From an uncultured virus (IMG/VR IMGVR_UViG_3300028602_000008) (lineage: Duplodnaviria > Heunggongvirae > Uroviricota > Caudoviricetes): a DNA stretch of 64,000 bases. Under the pieces are notes generated by a model. That model was not told the origin of the DNA. It did no database searches and saw only the letters and a program-made list of their open reading frames with translations. Below are positions 18,568 through 27,861 of the stretch, in pieces (within the stretch, counting starts at the first letter, position 1; each line of letters opens with the position of its first letter). The stretch lies in IMG/VR virus record IMGVR_UViG_3300028602_000008. One strand, 5' to 3'. Made by a program: the position numbers and the translations under genes.

Positions 18568-18793
18568 GCTCTATCACCTTTCCGGTTCTTGATTCAAGAA
18601 TGCGGTATTCGCCACCATTAGCTAGGGCTGTGGCTATCTGGGATTTGAATTTTGACGGCTCATCAACGCTATTCAAGTAGCGCCAGACTTCGGTTCCTTT
18701 TTTTCGGAAGTCGAAGTCATAAGTAAGCCTCGCTGTTGGGTGGGCCTCTGGTAGCGGTTGACCAGTAAAATGATCTATTCTACTCATTTTCAT
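18560..18793 (-). CDS. Hypothetical protein
   Basis: Overlapping stop/start. Confidence 0.55.
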   Translation of the reverse strand: MKMSRIDHFTGQPLPEAHPTARLTYDFDFRKKGTEVWRYLNSVDEPSKFKSQIATALANGGEYRILESRTGKVIEHA

Positions 18794-19058
18794 CAGCCTC
18801 TGGTGGGTTATGAGTGTAACATTCGCAGTTTAGCGGGCTATCCTTATCCATCCAAAACGTGCGGCAATGGCCACATTGCCATTCAAATGATGAGGTAGCA
18901 CCGATTTTAGCTACTCCGTGCAGGGGGTTGACATCCTGAAAGGCGTATGCGGAGAGACCGTGACAATTAGGACATTCTTCAATGCTCCCATCTTCAAGAA
19001 GAGCTTTTATCCGCTTTGGCCAGTTGATTAATGCTCGTTTAAACTTCATCATTATCAC
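18780..19058 (-). CDS. Zn-ribbon protein
   Basis: CPNC...WQCGHC. Confidence 0.65.
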   Translation of the reverse strand: MIMMKFKRALINWPKRIKALLEDGSIEECPNCHGLSAYAFQDVNPLHGVAKIGATSSFEWQCGHCRTFWMDKDSPLNCECYTHNPPEADENE

Positions 19059-19059
19059 C

Positions 19060-19284
19060 TCATAAGTTTATTATCTTTGCCCAGCCTTTGGAGCCTGGCA
19101 TGTTCACATAGTTATGATGGTCTAGGCATAATGCATGGCCGCAGTGGGGTTTTAGGCCAAATTGGCTCATCACCCATGCTATGGCTGCGGTTCGACTCGT
19201 GAAAGTATCTGATTTTGTTTCATTATTCAAAAAAATAGTTGCTTTGGTTGGTGCTGCTTTGGGTTTCTTCATCAAATTAGGCAT
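19060..19284 (-). CDS. Hypothetical protein
   Basis: Packed operon. Confidence 0.55.
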   Translation of the reverse strand: MPNLMKKPKAAPTKATIFLNNETKSDTFTSRTAAIAWVMSQFGLKPHCGHALCLDHHNYVNMPGSKGWAKIINL

Positions 19285-19424
19285 GTTGAATCTCCCTCAA
19301 CTGGGCAAGTAGGTCTTGCATTCTTAGGACTGCATCAGGGTTAGAGAATTCGTCTCGCTCAGTTTTATCGGAAGTAGAGGAGACGGCTCGCATAGCTTCA
19401 TAAATCTCATCAGGGCTCATCAGA

Positions 19425-20081
19425 TCACCTCTTCATTTTATCACAACATTCTAGAGCATTCTTTAATGAACGCTCATATTTAGACCATTTAGCTAATGAT
19501 TTAACTGTATCGGGTATGCTAATATTTTTTCGGTCATTCACCAAGTATCCCGGTATCAACCAAATGTGCATAGGTGTTAGTGATTCTAAGTCATCAAATG
19601 CTATAAATATGAAATAATGAACTCTTTTGTTATTTCTTACACTAAAGACCCATCGGTTATTTCCGATTATACGAGATCGTCTTGTAGACGATTTAACATC
19701 TATCAGGAAACCCTTCGGGCATTCATAATCGTAATCAGGATTACCAGGTGGCATCCTCTTAAAGCCGGGAAACTCGTGCGATAAAATAGTTTCCGCTATG
19801 ACGCAACCCAAGTATGCTGGGCATGCTTTATTTTCTGATGCTGGTTTTGAACCATGTTGATAATGATATTCACGAACACGTTTTCGGTTTTCATCAGGAT
19901 GTCTTTTATGCCACATATTTGCCTTTTCTGGATTATCTGCCTCCCATTTTTTTACCCTACCCGATTCACATTCCCTACATCGGCTAAGTGGTTTTCCTGC
20001 ACATCGACCAGATTTACGAAAATTGAACTCCTTTAACTCTTTATCTTCTCCGCACCCATTGCAATGTTTCAAAGTCATCAA
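19425..20081 (-). CDS. Zn-ribbon + PD-(D/E)XK-like endonuclease, paralogue 2
   Basis: Clearly similar to 11672-12352 (YLGCVIAET.LS.EFPGF.RMP..NPDYDYECPKGF.IDVKSS). Confidence 0.7.
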   Translation of the reverse strand: MMTLKHCNGCGEDKELKEFNFRKSGRCAGKPLSRCRECESGRVKKWEADNPEKANMWHKRHPDENRKRVREYHYQHGSKPASENKACPAYLGCVIAETILSHEFPGFKRMPPGNPDYDYECPKGFLIDVKSSTRRSRIIGNNRWVFSVRNNKRVHYFIFIAFDDLESLTPMHIWLIPGYLVNDRKNISIPDTVKSLAKWSKYERSLKNALECCDKMKR

Positions 20082-20120
20082 CTCTTATCGGTTTGCTACC
20101 TATTTAAAAGTTGTGATGAG

Positions 20121-20564
20121 TCACTCATCACGAGGATAACCTCCTTCCGGTAACCACATGGGAGTATTCTTGCCAACTTCAAGACCTTCAAGTCTAGCTT
20201 TTATATAATTATAGGCAGCAGTCCATTTTCCGATAGGAGCCTCTTCACCGTAGCTCAAACTTGCAATTTTGCTTATCCACAAAAGCATAACCGGGTGGGT
20301 AGCTACAAAATCGGTACCCTTCCCGTAAAATCGGGCCTCATCCCAGATACGAGGGATTAGTTCGGCCAGGTCCGGCACTAGGGCTCCGGCGTTGCAGGCA
20401 TTCAACATTTGCAAGGTGTTCTCAAAATCGCGTTGGGTTAAGCCTTTTTTCGGCTCATCATGGTTGTGGGGTGTCTCAGTCATAGTTTTTTCCTCCATTA
20501 AATCTAGCTCATCATCACTGTAAGGTTTTCCGCCGTCAGCAAAGCCTTCATCGGAAAGAGTCAT
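20121..20564 (-). CDS. Hypothetical protein
   Basis: Packed operon; QMLNACNAG...HPV motif. Confidence 0.65.
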   Translation of the reverse strand: MTLSDEGFADGGKPYSDDELDLMEEKTMTETPHNHDEPKKGLTQRDFENTLQMLNACNAGALVPDLAELIPRIWDEARFYGKGTDFVATHPVMLLWISKIASLSYGEEAPIGKWTAAYNYIKARLEGLEVGKNTPMWLPEGGYPRDE

Positions 20565-20790
20565 TGATTAACCTCTCCAGCAGTTCGCGTTTTCCGTGCC
20601 AGTTGACCCAAATTGGATGAAAATTTCCAATTGATCTTCCGTCACCTATGCGTTTATAGACCTTGCCGGTATCCTCATCAGTGATTAAAACTTCTATCCT
20701 GGTATGGTTTCCAGCTAAATCAAGGCATTGAACGGAGGCTATATTGGCCGACAGGTGATATTTCGGCTCATCAGGCTTACCAGAATTCAT
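20548..20790 (-). CDS. Hypothetical protein
   Basis: GRSIGNFHPIWV motif; RBS. Confidence 0.6.
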   Translation of the reverse strand: MNSGKPDEPKYHLSANIASVQCLDLAGNHTRIEVLITDEDTGKVYKRIGDGRSIGNFHPIWVNWHGKRELLERLINDSFR

Positions 20791-20904
20791 TTGGGGTCAT
20801 CTCCTCAGTCACTGTGGTCAACCACGTCCAAGCGTAGTAGCTAGCAGTCAAAGCTAAGGCGCATAACATGATTAGGACTTCAAAATAATGGGGTTGCATA
20901 CGAA

Positions 20905-21111
20905 TTACCTCATCAGGTGAGCGAATCTAAAGACTTTTTCGCATTGTCGAACATACCAAGACATTATCGGTATTCCGATGTACTTATATGAGAAATAGAT
21001 CATCAGCATATAGGCTAAGACGATGACCACACAGGCTAAATCTGTTATCTGCATTTCGAAAACCTCATCAACTTGCTTGAGAGCCGTCTCGGAGGCGTGG
21101 CGGCTCTTCAA
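20905..21111 (-). CDS. Small membrane protein
   Basis: One hydrophobic helix; start uncertain. Confidence 0.45.
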   Translation of the reverse strand: MKSRHASETALKQVDEVFEMQITDLACVVIVLAYMLMIYFSYKYIGIPIMSWYVRQCEKVFRFAHLMR

Positions 21112-21208
21112 GGTTATGGGGTTTAAATGTATGCCTGTGTAGGCTCCATGCCCACTAGCTCACCATTGTCGTAGTAGTAATCAACTCCATCAACTTCTTC
21201 AATGTGCA

Positions 21209-21631
21209 TTAAGCCACCGCCATCAAGGTTGCTTTTACCTCATCATTGGCCGGGCCGGCCCAGAATGGGTTTTTGTTGCCGAACGGATTAACCGGAACAT
21301 TGACGTAGTAACCCATTTTATGCTCGGCACGGAAGCCTCGGAGGGTAGCTAAAAGGGCCTCATCGGGTTTGCCGTTGGTTTGAATTGCAACCATTCTTTT
21401 GTCCTTGAAAGTGTACTCAAGGACGCGGGCCTCGGTAGCAATTGGGGTTTGTGCCCTCATCGGGACTTTTGGCTTGGGTGCAGTGATGGCGGCGGCTTTG
21501 GCCTTTACCTCTGCTGGGTTGTGGGCCGCAAGGCTAGTAAAAACCATTATGCTGGTGAGTATTTCTTCATCACGGATCAGGCTGACGTTTTCAAGAATCT
21601 TCTTGACAATTGCATCGGTTTTCTTGGACAT
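21209..21631 (-). CDS. Hypothetical protein, first gene of the leftward small-ORF region
   Basis: 140 aa, TATA-like element about 60 nt upstream. Confidence 0.7.
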   Translation of the reverse strand: MSKKTDAIVKKILENVSLIRDEEILTSIMVFTSLAAHNPAEVKAKAAAITAPKPKVPMRAQTPIATEARVLEYTFKDKRMVAIQTNGKPDEALLATLRGFRAEHKMGYYVNVPVNPFGNKNPFWAGPANDEVKATLMAVA

Positions 21632-21704
21632 TTTGCATCATTTCCTCATATTGTGTTTTCCCTAGTATTGGCTCATCAGGGAAACTATAATAAATTTTTA
21701 GCCG

Positions 21705-22230
21705 AGGCTCGCCAACTCCCATTGGCGCTAATCCAGAGATTAGCAGTTCGAGCCTGTCGTTACTATTCGGTTCTGTAGCTCCCGTTTTTGGTCCTTTTCG
21801 GTGTCACCTAATCAGGATTAACGAGAATGTCAGTAGTAAAGGCGTTTTACGATCTTCAAGTTTAGACCTTATCAGAGACTCTGCCCATTGATGAGATGGA
21901 ATTTCTCTGTGGCAGTCTCCCTCTAAACTTTGCAGTAGGTCTATCAATTCCTACATTGAGATTGATCGCTTAACGTCCTTATCAGATTGCATATTATGAG
22001 GTTACTTTTTCGGCGAACTTAGGTTATGGGTAACCTAATCGTGATCATTTTTGCCTCATCTTTAAGGAGTTATGGCTAGCTCCGGCAATCTGGGAGAGGT
22101 TGCTTTATCAATCCCTTCGAATTTGGCAGATTAAGCTAACATGCTATGTTTATTAGACCACTACACGCTAGCTTAACATAACCGCTGCATGCCGTTTATC
22201 CGCTTTTCAGCTTTTGACCTATAACGGATA
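21705..22230 (+). ncRNA. Candidate large structured non-coding RNA
   Basis: No credible ORF; at least 10 nested or consecutive helices, with G-U pairs on the + strand. Confidence 0.55.
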
Positions 22231-23215
22231 TTAAGCCTTGACTATACTTTGCAATTACAGTATAGACTTATCAAGGACGGCTCGGTTTATTAACTGGGCC
22301 TTTTTAGGGTGGGTTTTGCCGTGTTTGGTTTTTGGACTTTTAGACCGGCACAACGGACAGATTAAGCCCTTTTCCATCAATGGGTTTAATGTGCCGTTGT
22401 CCGTCTCAACTTTTTTGTTTCACCTTCCTTATTTGCGGTTTGTTCGTTTGGCGGTTTGGCGGTTTGGGTTTTCCGTGTTTCTTGTTTTCGTCGCGATTGA
22501 TCACCTTTAAACGCTTGCCGTTTGGGTTTTCACCCTTTCGGGCTTCACCCTTTCGGTAGCTAACCCTTAGGTTTTGAGTATATAAAACCTCGTGACTGAT
22601 AACGATCACCAACGTATTAAAGAGTGTAATGATGTACTAAAGTGTACATTGATGCACAAGATTTGTGGTGCCGTTCGCGGTTAGTTTGAAGGTGAAAAGA
22701 TAAAACATGGCTGCCGGTGCGGTTTTGGCCGTTCGCGGCGCGGCGCGGGCCTTTTGCTGATATGGGTTTTGTGGGAGAGATAGAGAGATATAGGGGAACG
22801 AATAAAAACGCATAGCGGTTTTGCGGCGCGGAGGCGGGCCGGTTTGGTGCGGGCCGGTGCGCCCGGTGGATAAAAAAGGGTTTGCTGATTGCGGCGCGGG
22901 CCGGGCCGAAGGGTAAAAAGGTTTTTTGGCTCTATATTAGTGCCGTTTCACAATGGCGCTAGATTGCGTTTTATGTGGGATAAACGGCGCTATATGCGAT
23001 TTTAACGGCACTATATATAATTTGAACGGCACGATATTTTTGGATATATAAAATTAACGTAGATATATTTGAAATAGATTGAAATGAATTGAGACACGTA
23101 AGACTTAAAGCCGAGGTTTAAAGGATTCAAGTGATAAGTAGCGCCAAAAGCATAGAAGATTAGGCTAAGGGCCGGAAAAAGGCCTTTATGGACAGATTAA
23201 GAGGAGAGTTAAAAC

Positions 23216-23746
23216 TTAAAAATGAATGGACTCCGAGAGATGAGTTAAAACGGTGTCACAGTGAATTAAATAATCTGCTAAAGTGCGGTTACCTTTCGCC
23301 GTGTTGCATCGATAACAAACTATTCGAACGTTGGACTTAGTTAAGATGGATTCATTATTTATACGGTCTAGGGTTGCTCTGTGGTCATAATCGCTATTAT
23401 GTGGAGGTGCATAATTTAGAGTTATTCCACAATATGCACAAGTCGGAGAAGCTAAAGCGAAGGATTCAAGCCATTTAGCACTAAACTCAATTGCATACTT
23501 CTTAAAATGATTGAAGTAAGAAGTAGCCGCCCAAACACGGCAAGGATACTTTGCTCTATACGTTTTTACATGCTTTTTGTGCTCCATTGGGTGAGTTATT
23601 CTACGATCTTTTGAGTATGAATTAACGCACTCTCGACACCAGGTTTTTAAGGCTCCGGTCTTTTTGTATGCTACTGAAAAAGACGATTTTGGTAAAGATC
23701 TTTTGCAACGGCGACACCTTTTAAAGCCCGGTAAAACTGCTTTCAT
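23216..23746 (-). CDS. HNH endonuclease with N-terminal Zn ribbon
   Basis: CRRC...CREC; CAYCG...TLDRINN...NVRIVCYRCNTAKG. Confidence 0.88.
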   Translation of the reverse strand: MKAVLPGFKRCRRCKRSLPKSSFSVAYKKTGALKTWCRECVNSYSKDRRITHPMEHKKHVKTYRAKYPCRVWAATSYFNHFKKYAIEFSAKWLESFALASPTCAYCGITLNYAPPHNSDYDHRATLDRINNESILTKSNVRIVCYRCNTAKGNRTLADYLIHCDTVLTHLSESIHF

Positions 23747-24519
23747 AGCTTTACTGTATATGATTTAAGGTTTAAATACTTTACTATGATATGACTGATA
23801 ACTATTTATAGGGGAATAATGGCCACTGATGACGGTTAAACGGATGGATTTTAAAGGGAAGAGAGATTTTAAAAAATATTTGAAAATAATGCTACTTAAA
23901 TTTGAGTTAATTAATTTGAAAAACTATAATAGGGATATTTTGAATAGATATAATAATATCCTATTAAGCCAATTGGTACATAATAGGTTAATGTGCATCA
24001 ATGTGCATCAGTTAAGCATAATGTACGAATGTGTCCATTCCGGTCAAGGGTTATCTTGCCGTTCGCCGTTGCTAAAAGCCTTCTCCCGGCTTTTAGCGCA
24101 TTCGGCGTTATCGTATGTAGTAGAAGGTAGATAATAGATAAAAGGTAGCTAGTAACATGATAAGATTAAGTAGATAATTAAGGATTGAAGAGAAGAGAAA
24201 AAGAGAAGAGGGAGACGAATAAGTACATTAATGTACGTTGGGAAAAAGCCATCCGTGACAAAATACCGACACCAGGAGACGGATATAGATGAGGTTAATA
24301 TGAGGTTCATATCTGCTTAATAGAGCAAATCTGGTGGCTAATGTCGCTTTTCGTACATTGGCCAAAGTGAATGTACATTGATGGACGTTTTCAGGTTATA
24401 CTGTACACATGTGTACAATAGCGCACAGTAAAAAGCATGGATGTGCAAAACCAGGCATGGTAGCACGATAATAAGCAGTAATGTTTAAATACAGACAGAA
24501 AAATAAAAGGGGGGGCGAA

Positions 24520-24765
24520 CAGGCCGACCTTAGTCGGCCCAAGCGGTCAGCAGACCGCCGTAACCAGGGATCTACGGATCCCCGGACCCCTAACCGAACG
24601 AAAAGCCGGGGGGTATGGGGGGTTGCAATCCCCCGAGAGAAGGGGATCCGGGGATCCCCCGAAGCACCCAGGACTGGACTCCCCCGGACGGAAACCAGCC
24701 GGATGGCAGGTGTCCAGCAGGAACCCAGGGTACCCAAACCGGTGGGAGACAAGTCTCCCGGCCAG
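24520..24765. repeat. Cluster of consecutive GC-rich hairpins
   Basis: GGCCGAC/GTCGGCC, GCGGTC/GACCGC, GGGATC/GATCCC, GGGGG-GTTGCAAT-CCCCC, GGGGATCC/GGATCCCC, GGGAGAC/GTCTCCC. Confidence 0.8.
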
Positions 24766-25071
24766 CCATCTCTTATTGCCTATCGTCCAACTTAACCATA
24801 TAACTCTAAACCTATCTACCATCTAGCTCATCTAATCTACTATCAATCTAACCTACTCAATCTACTCTTATTATTTTATCTCTCCTCCTCCTATTATAAG
24901 AAATCGAATTAATTAGCAGCAGACCTGATTTTTTTCAAAATATTTTCAAACATTTTCAGAAGTTTCAACTGCTATCGATTTTACCCCCAATCCATCGCCC
25001 AGCACCCATCCCCTTTCGTCACCAGTCACAACACCGTTAAGTATTTAATCTATTACCTCATGTAGTGTGAT

Positions 25072-25752
25072 ATGAATAAAGATACCAAATTCTGCTGGAA
25101 TTGTAATACAGAGAAACCATTATCTGCATTTGGTATACGTAAAACTGGAAAGAACGCAGGAAAACCTACTCATCCATGCCTAGAATGTCGAAATGCCCTT
25201 AAAAGACAATGGAAACAAGATCATCCAGATAAATATCAGGAACGGCAAGCTAGATATAACCAACATCGTAGAGAACGCCCAGGTCACACACAAATGGCCG
25301 ATAATCCAAAATGTACTCTCTACCTAGGGTATTTCATTAGTGAAACGGTATTGTCTCGTGAATTCAAAAATGTTAAACGAATGCCAGTAACTCACCCAGG
25401 TTACGACTTCGAATGCAATAGACACTTTAAAATCGATGCCAAATCATCGTGTTTAGTCAATGCATCACGAGGTGGTTCATATTGGCAATTCACAATCAAA
25501 TGCAACAAAGTCCCTCACTTCTACCTTCTCATCGCCTGGGACAATCGTGACAATCTCAATCCAATCCATATATGGCTAATACCAGCAGCCCTGATAAACA
25601 TGAAAAAGATCATATACATTGGAAACACCGAAAAGAGTCTAGCCAAGTGGAAAAAATATGAACGTCCATTGACCAACGTCTTATCCTGTTGCAAAACAAT
25701 GCGTGCCAAAAAGTTACTTGAAGAGGATATCGAAGAGGTACTTCACCTCTAA
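25072..25752 (+). CDS. Zn-ribbon + PD-(D/E)XK-like endonuclease, paralogue 3
   Basis: CWNC..KPLSAF; YLG..ISETVLS.EF...PGYDFEC..FKIDAKSS; HIWLIP; SLAKW.KYER.L.NVL.CC shared with paralogues. Confidence 0.7.
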   Translation: MNKDTKFCWNCNTEKPLSAFGIRKTGKNAGKPTHPCLECRNALKRQWKQDHPDKYQERQARYNQHRRERPGHTQMADNPKCTLYLGYFISETVLSREFKNVKRMPVTHPGYDFECNRHFKIDAKSSCLVNASRGGSYWQFTIKCNKVPHFYLLIAWDNRDNLNPIHIWLIPAALINMKKIIYIGNTEKSLAKWKKYERPLTNVLSCCKTMRAKKLLEEDIEEVLHL

Positions 25753-25787
25753 TTTATCCCTTTTTTATATTGCTATCGAAATATCCC

Positions 25788-26018
25788 CTAAACTCTCCAC
25801 ATATCTCCCCCTCCAACCCCTCTACTGTTATCGAAAAGGTACCGATTGATCGGAGGTCCATCCATCACTTCGATCACCACCGGATAAGTCCTCAGTGCCA
25901 CTCCACAAGCCTTATTCCAGCTCGTGGCCAGCACTGCACCCATCCTCTCCATACCGCCCTCACAAACCCTATACCTCACCCGGTAACGGTTAACTGCGGT
26001 TAACCCCGGCACAACCAT
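25788..26018 (-). CDS. Hypothetical protein
   Basis: Packed minus-strand operon. Confidence 0.5.
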   Translation of the reverse strand: MVVPGLTAVNRYRVRYRVCEGGMERMGAVLATSWNKACGVALRTYPVVIEVMDGPPINRYLFDNSRGVGGGDMWRV

Positions 26019-26254
26019 GCTCCAGCCCCATCCCAGTCCTCGAACCAGTACTTCGGCAAACGACAGACTCTCTTAATCCGCGTCACAGCTTCCTTCACCA
26101 GATAATCATCCTTGCAAGTAATCGCCAGGCACGCCCCCAGGGCCGAATACGTAACCATCTTCTTTTCTGCAATCTCATGAAATATGGCCCTCCTCGTATT
26201 CCACAGCAGCAGATCCATAGCCCTATCCATATCCAGCCTAACGTTTAACATCAT
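26000..26254 (-). CDS. Hypothetical protein
   Basis: Packed minus-strand operon. Confidence 0.55.
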   Translation of the reverse strand: MMLNVRLDMDRAMDLLLWNTRRAIFHEIAEKKMVTYSALGACLAITCKDDYLVKEAVTRIKRVCRLPKYWFEDWDGAGAWLCRG

Positions 26255-26705
26255 CTACCCACGCTCCAATTGATCTCAGGTACTGAATCATTTCCGTGGT
26301 TGCCAGCCCGGTGGTCTTGGCCAGGGCGATCCACAGTGCACTATTGTCCATATCTGGCACCTCAATTTTAGCATCCTCACAAAACACCGTATCGCTACCA
26401 AGATACGGATAAAACCTGCATACCAATGGTCTGTCATCGTAAATCCTACATCCTTTTTTATAAAATTTGCATGGTTTTGATTCCCTGAATATAAATCTCC
26501 CTTTGTCTACCGGGTGCTCGGCGCAAAACTTAACCATCGTTGCAGCCAGGTTCTGATGAAAGTGCCTCGACAGCCGATTCATATCCTCCACACTAAGGTC
26601 AATTATTTCAAATTCAGTGCAACATCTCCCACATCGGTTGCACTTTAAAAGGACCTGTCTAATGGCCCTTTCCTTCCAACCCGGTGCCCAGCTCATTTCG
26701 GGCAT
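26238..26705 (-). CDS. YkgJ-family (CxxCxxCC) Fe-S/Zn cluster protein
   Basis: CNRCGRCC...PCKF...CRIYDDRPLVCRFYP. Confidence 0.88.
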   Translation of the reverse strand: MPEMSWAPGWKERAIRQVLLKCNRCGRCCTEFEIIDLSVEDMNRLSRHFHQNLAATMVKFCAEHPVDKGRFIFRESKPCKFYKKGCRIYDDRPLVCRFYPYLGSDTVFCEDAKIEVPDMDNSALWIALAKTTGLATTEMIQYLRSIGAWVDDVKR

Positions 26706-27046
26706 TCCTCAACTGCAGCCATGCACTTGGCATAAGCTTCCTCATCGTTATTCACCAGGGCCTTGCCAAATATAACAGGGTTTTTAGCCTCACCCATCAC
26801 TGCAGCCAGTATTGCCCCATAGACCGGGCCATCAACATCATTTAGGTGCATGTCCTTGATATGATCATCCACAGCAGCCCACATGGGTCTTAAATCCGAG
26901 AAACCCATCACGAATTTTCCTGCAGCACTAGCCAATTCATTGTATCTTTCGGTACTCAACCCTCGGTAAAATGCAAACGAAACCGAAATCGCAACCGCCT
27001 GACTGTTTGACCTCAACAGACCAACATAAAATGTATTCTTATGCAT
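26693..27046 (-). CDS. Hypothetical protein
   Basis: Packed operon. Confidence 0.6.
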   Translation of the reverse strand: MHKNTFYVGLLRSNSQAVAISVSFAFYRGLSTERYNELASAAGKFVMGFSDLRPMWAAVDDHIKDMHLNDVDGPVYGAILAAVMGEAKNPVIFGKALVNNDEEAYAKCMAAVEECPK

Positions 27047-27051
27047 AGAAA

Positions 27052-27519
27052 TCAGAACCTCAATATCTCTTCATCATCGTCAACGATCCTCATTAAGGTC
27101 GTATGTTTTCCTGAATCTGCCTTAGTTTTCTTCGCAACCTCCACCACCGGACATGTTCCAAAATACCTTTCCATATACCCTGATACCTGCCTCTTAACAT
27201 ACTTCTTTCCGCCTCTCACCGTTCTTTTTTCCTGGTCACTAACCAGAGGATACAGCACCCATTGGTGGGAAATGATAGCCTTCCTTTCTTTTCCTCCAAC
27301 CACAACCATCTTCTCTTTTGGACATATTTGTACATCGCCAACCATATGTCTCATATAATCCGGAATTGATCTCACTTCAGCGTACTCTGCTGCCGTTCGT
27401 GTCAGATCATTCTGCAAATCCACCATAACCATGCTAAGCATCGGGAAATCGCATACAACCATCTCCCCCTGCATCTTCCCCTTGCCCACCAAATGAGCCA
27501 TCGACGTTGGAATCATCAT
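27052..27519 (-). CDS. Hypothetical protein
   Basis: Packed operon. Confidence 0.65.
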   Translation of the reverse strand: MMIPTSMAHLVGKGKMQGEMVVCDFPMLSMVMVDLQNDLTRTAAEYAEVRSIPDYMRHMVGDVQICPKEKMVVVGGKERKAIISHQWVLYPLVSDQEKRTVRGGKKYVKRQVSGYMERYFGTCPVVEVAKKTKADSGKHTTLMRIVDDDEEILRF

Positions 27520-27624
27520 GCTTCACCCATCTCTTCTTGTACTTCGAGAGGTTTTTGATCCTTTCTCTTTTCCTTCCGGAAGCAAGTACAATCGCCATAT
27601 TCCTCACCACATCCTCTGCAAATA

Positions 27625-27861
27625 TCAGACAATAAGCTCACCCTCAACCTCACGCAAAGCCAATTTAGCCAGGCTCGTTGGCTCATACAAAATGCACCCA
27701 TTTCCATCAGATACACGAGTATCGCAGCCCTTCATATCGCATGCGGCCATAACATATGAATCAATTATAAACATGCGTACCTGTCTATGATGAATTCGAT
27801 TCCAGTGGGTACAATAACCACAAATATGATAGCATACCAACCATTCATTGTATGTGGTCAT
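27625..27861 (-). CDS. Small Cys-rich protein
   Basis: C..CGYCTHW...C...C; overlaps neighbours. Confidence 0.5.
   Translation of the reverse strand: MTTYNEWLVCYHICGYCTHWNRIHHRQVRMFIIDSYVMAACDMKGCDTRVSDGNGCILYEPTSLAKLALREVEGELIV

Noticed and set aside
21653..21685. Minus-strand CTGATGAG...GAAA resembling a hammerhead ribozyme core
   Set aside because: Stem II lacks the closing G-C pair and stems I/III are not evident; a simple TTTCCCT/AGGGAAA hairpin explains it
22238..24826. ORF-track calls in the non-coding zone other than the HNH gene
   Set aside because: They are products of low-complexity or GC hairpin sequence, overlap on both strands and have no protein-like features
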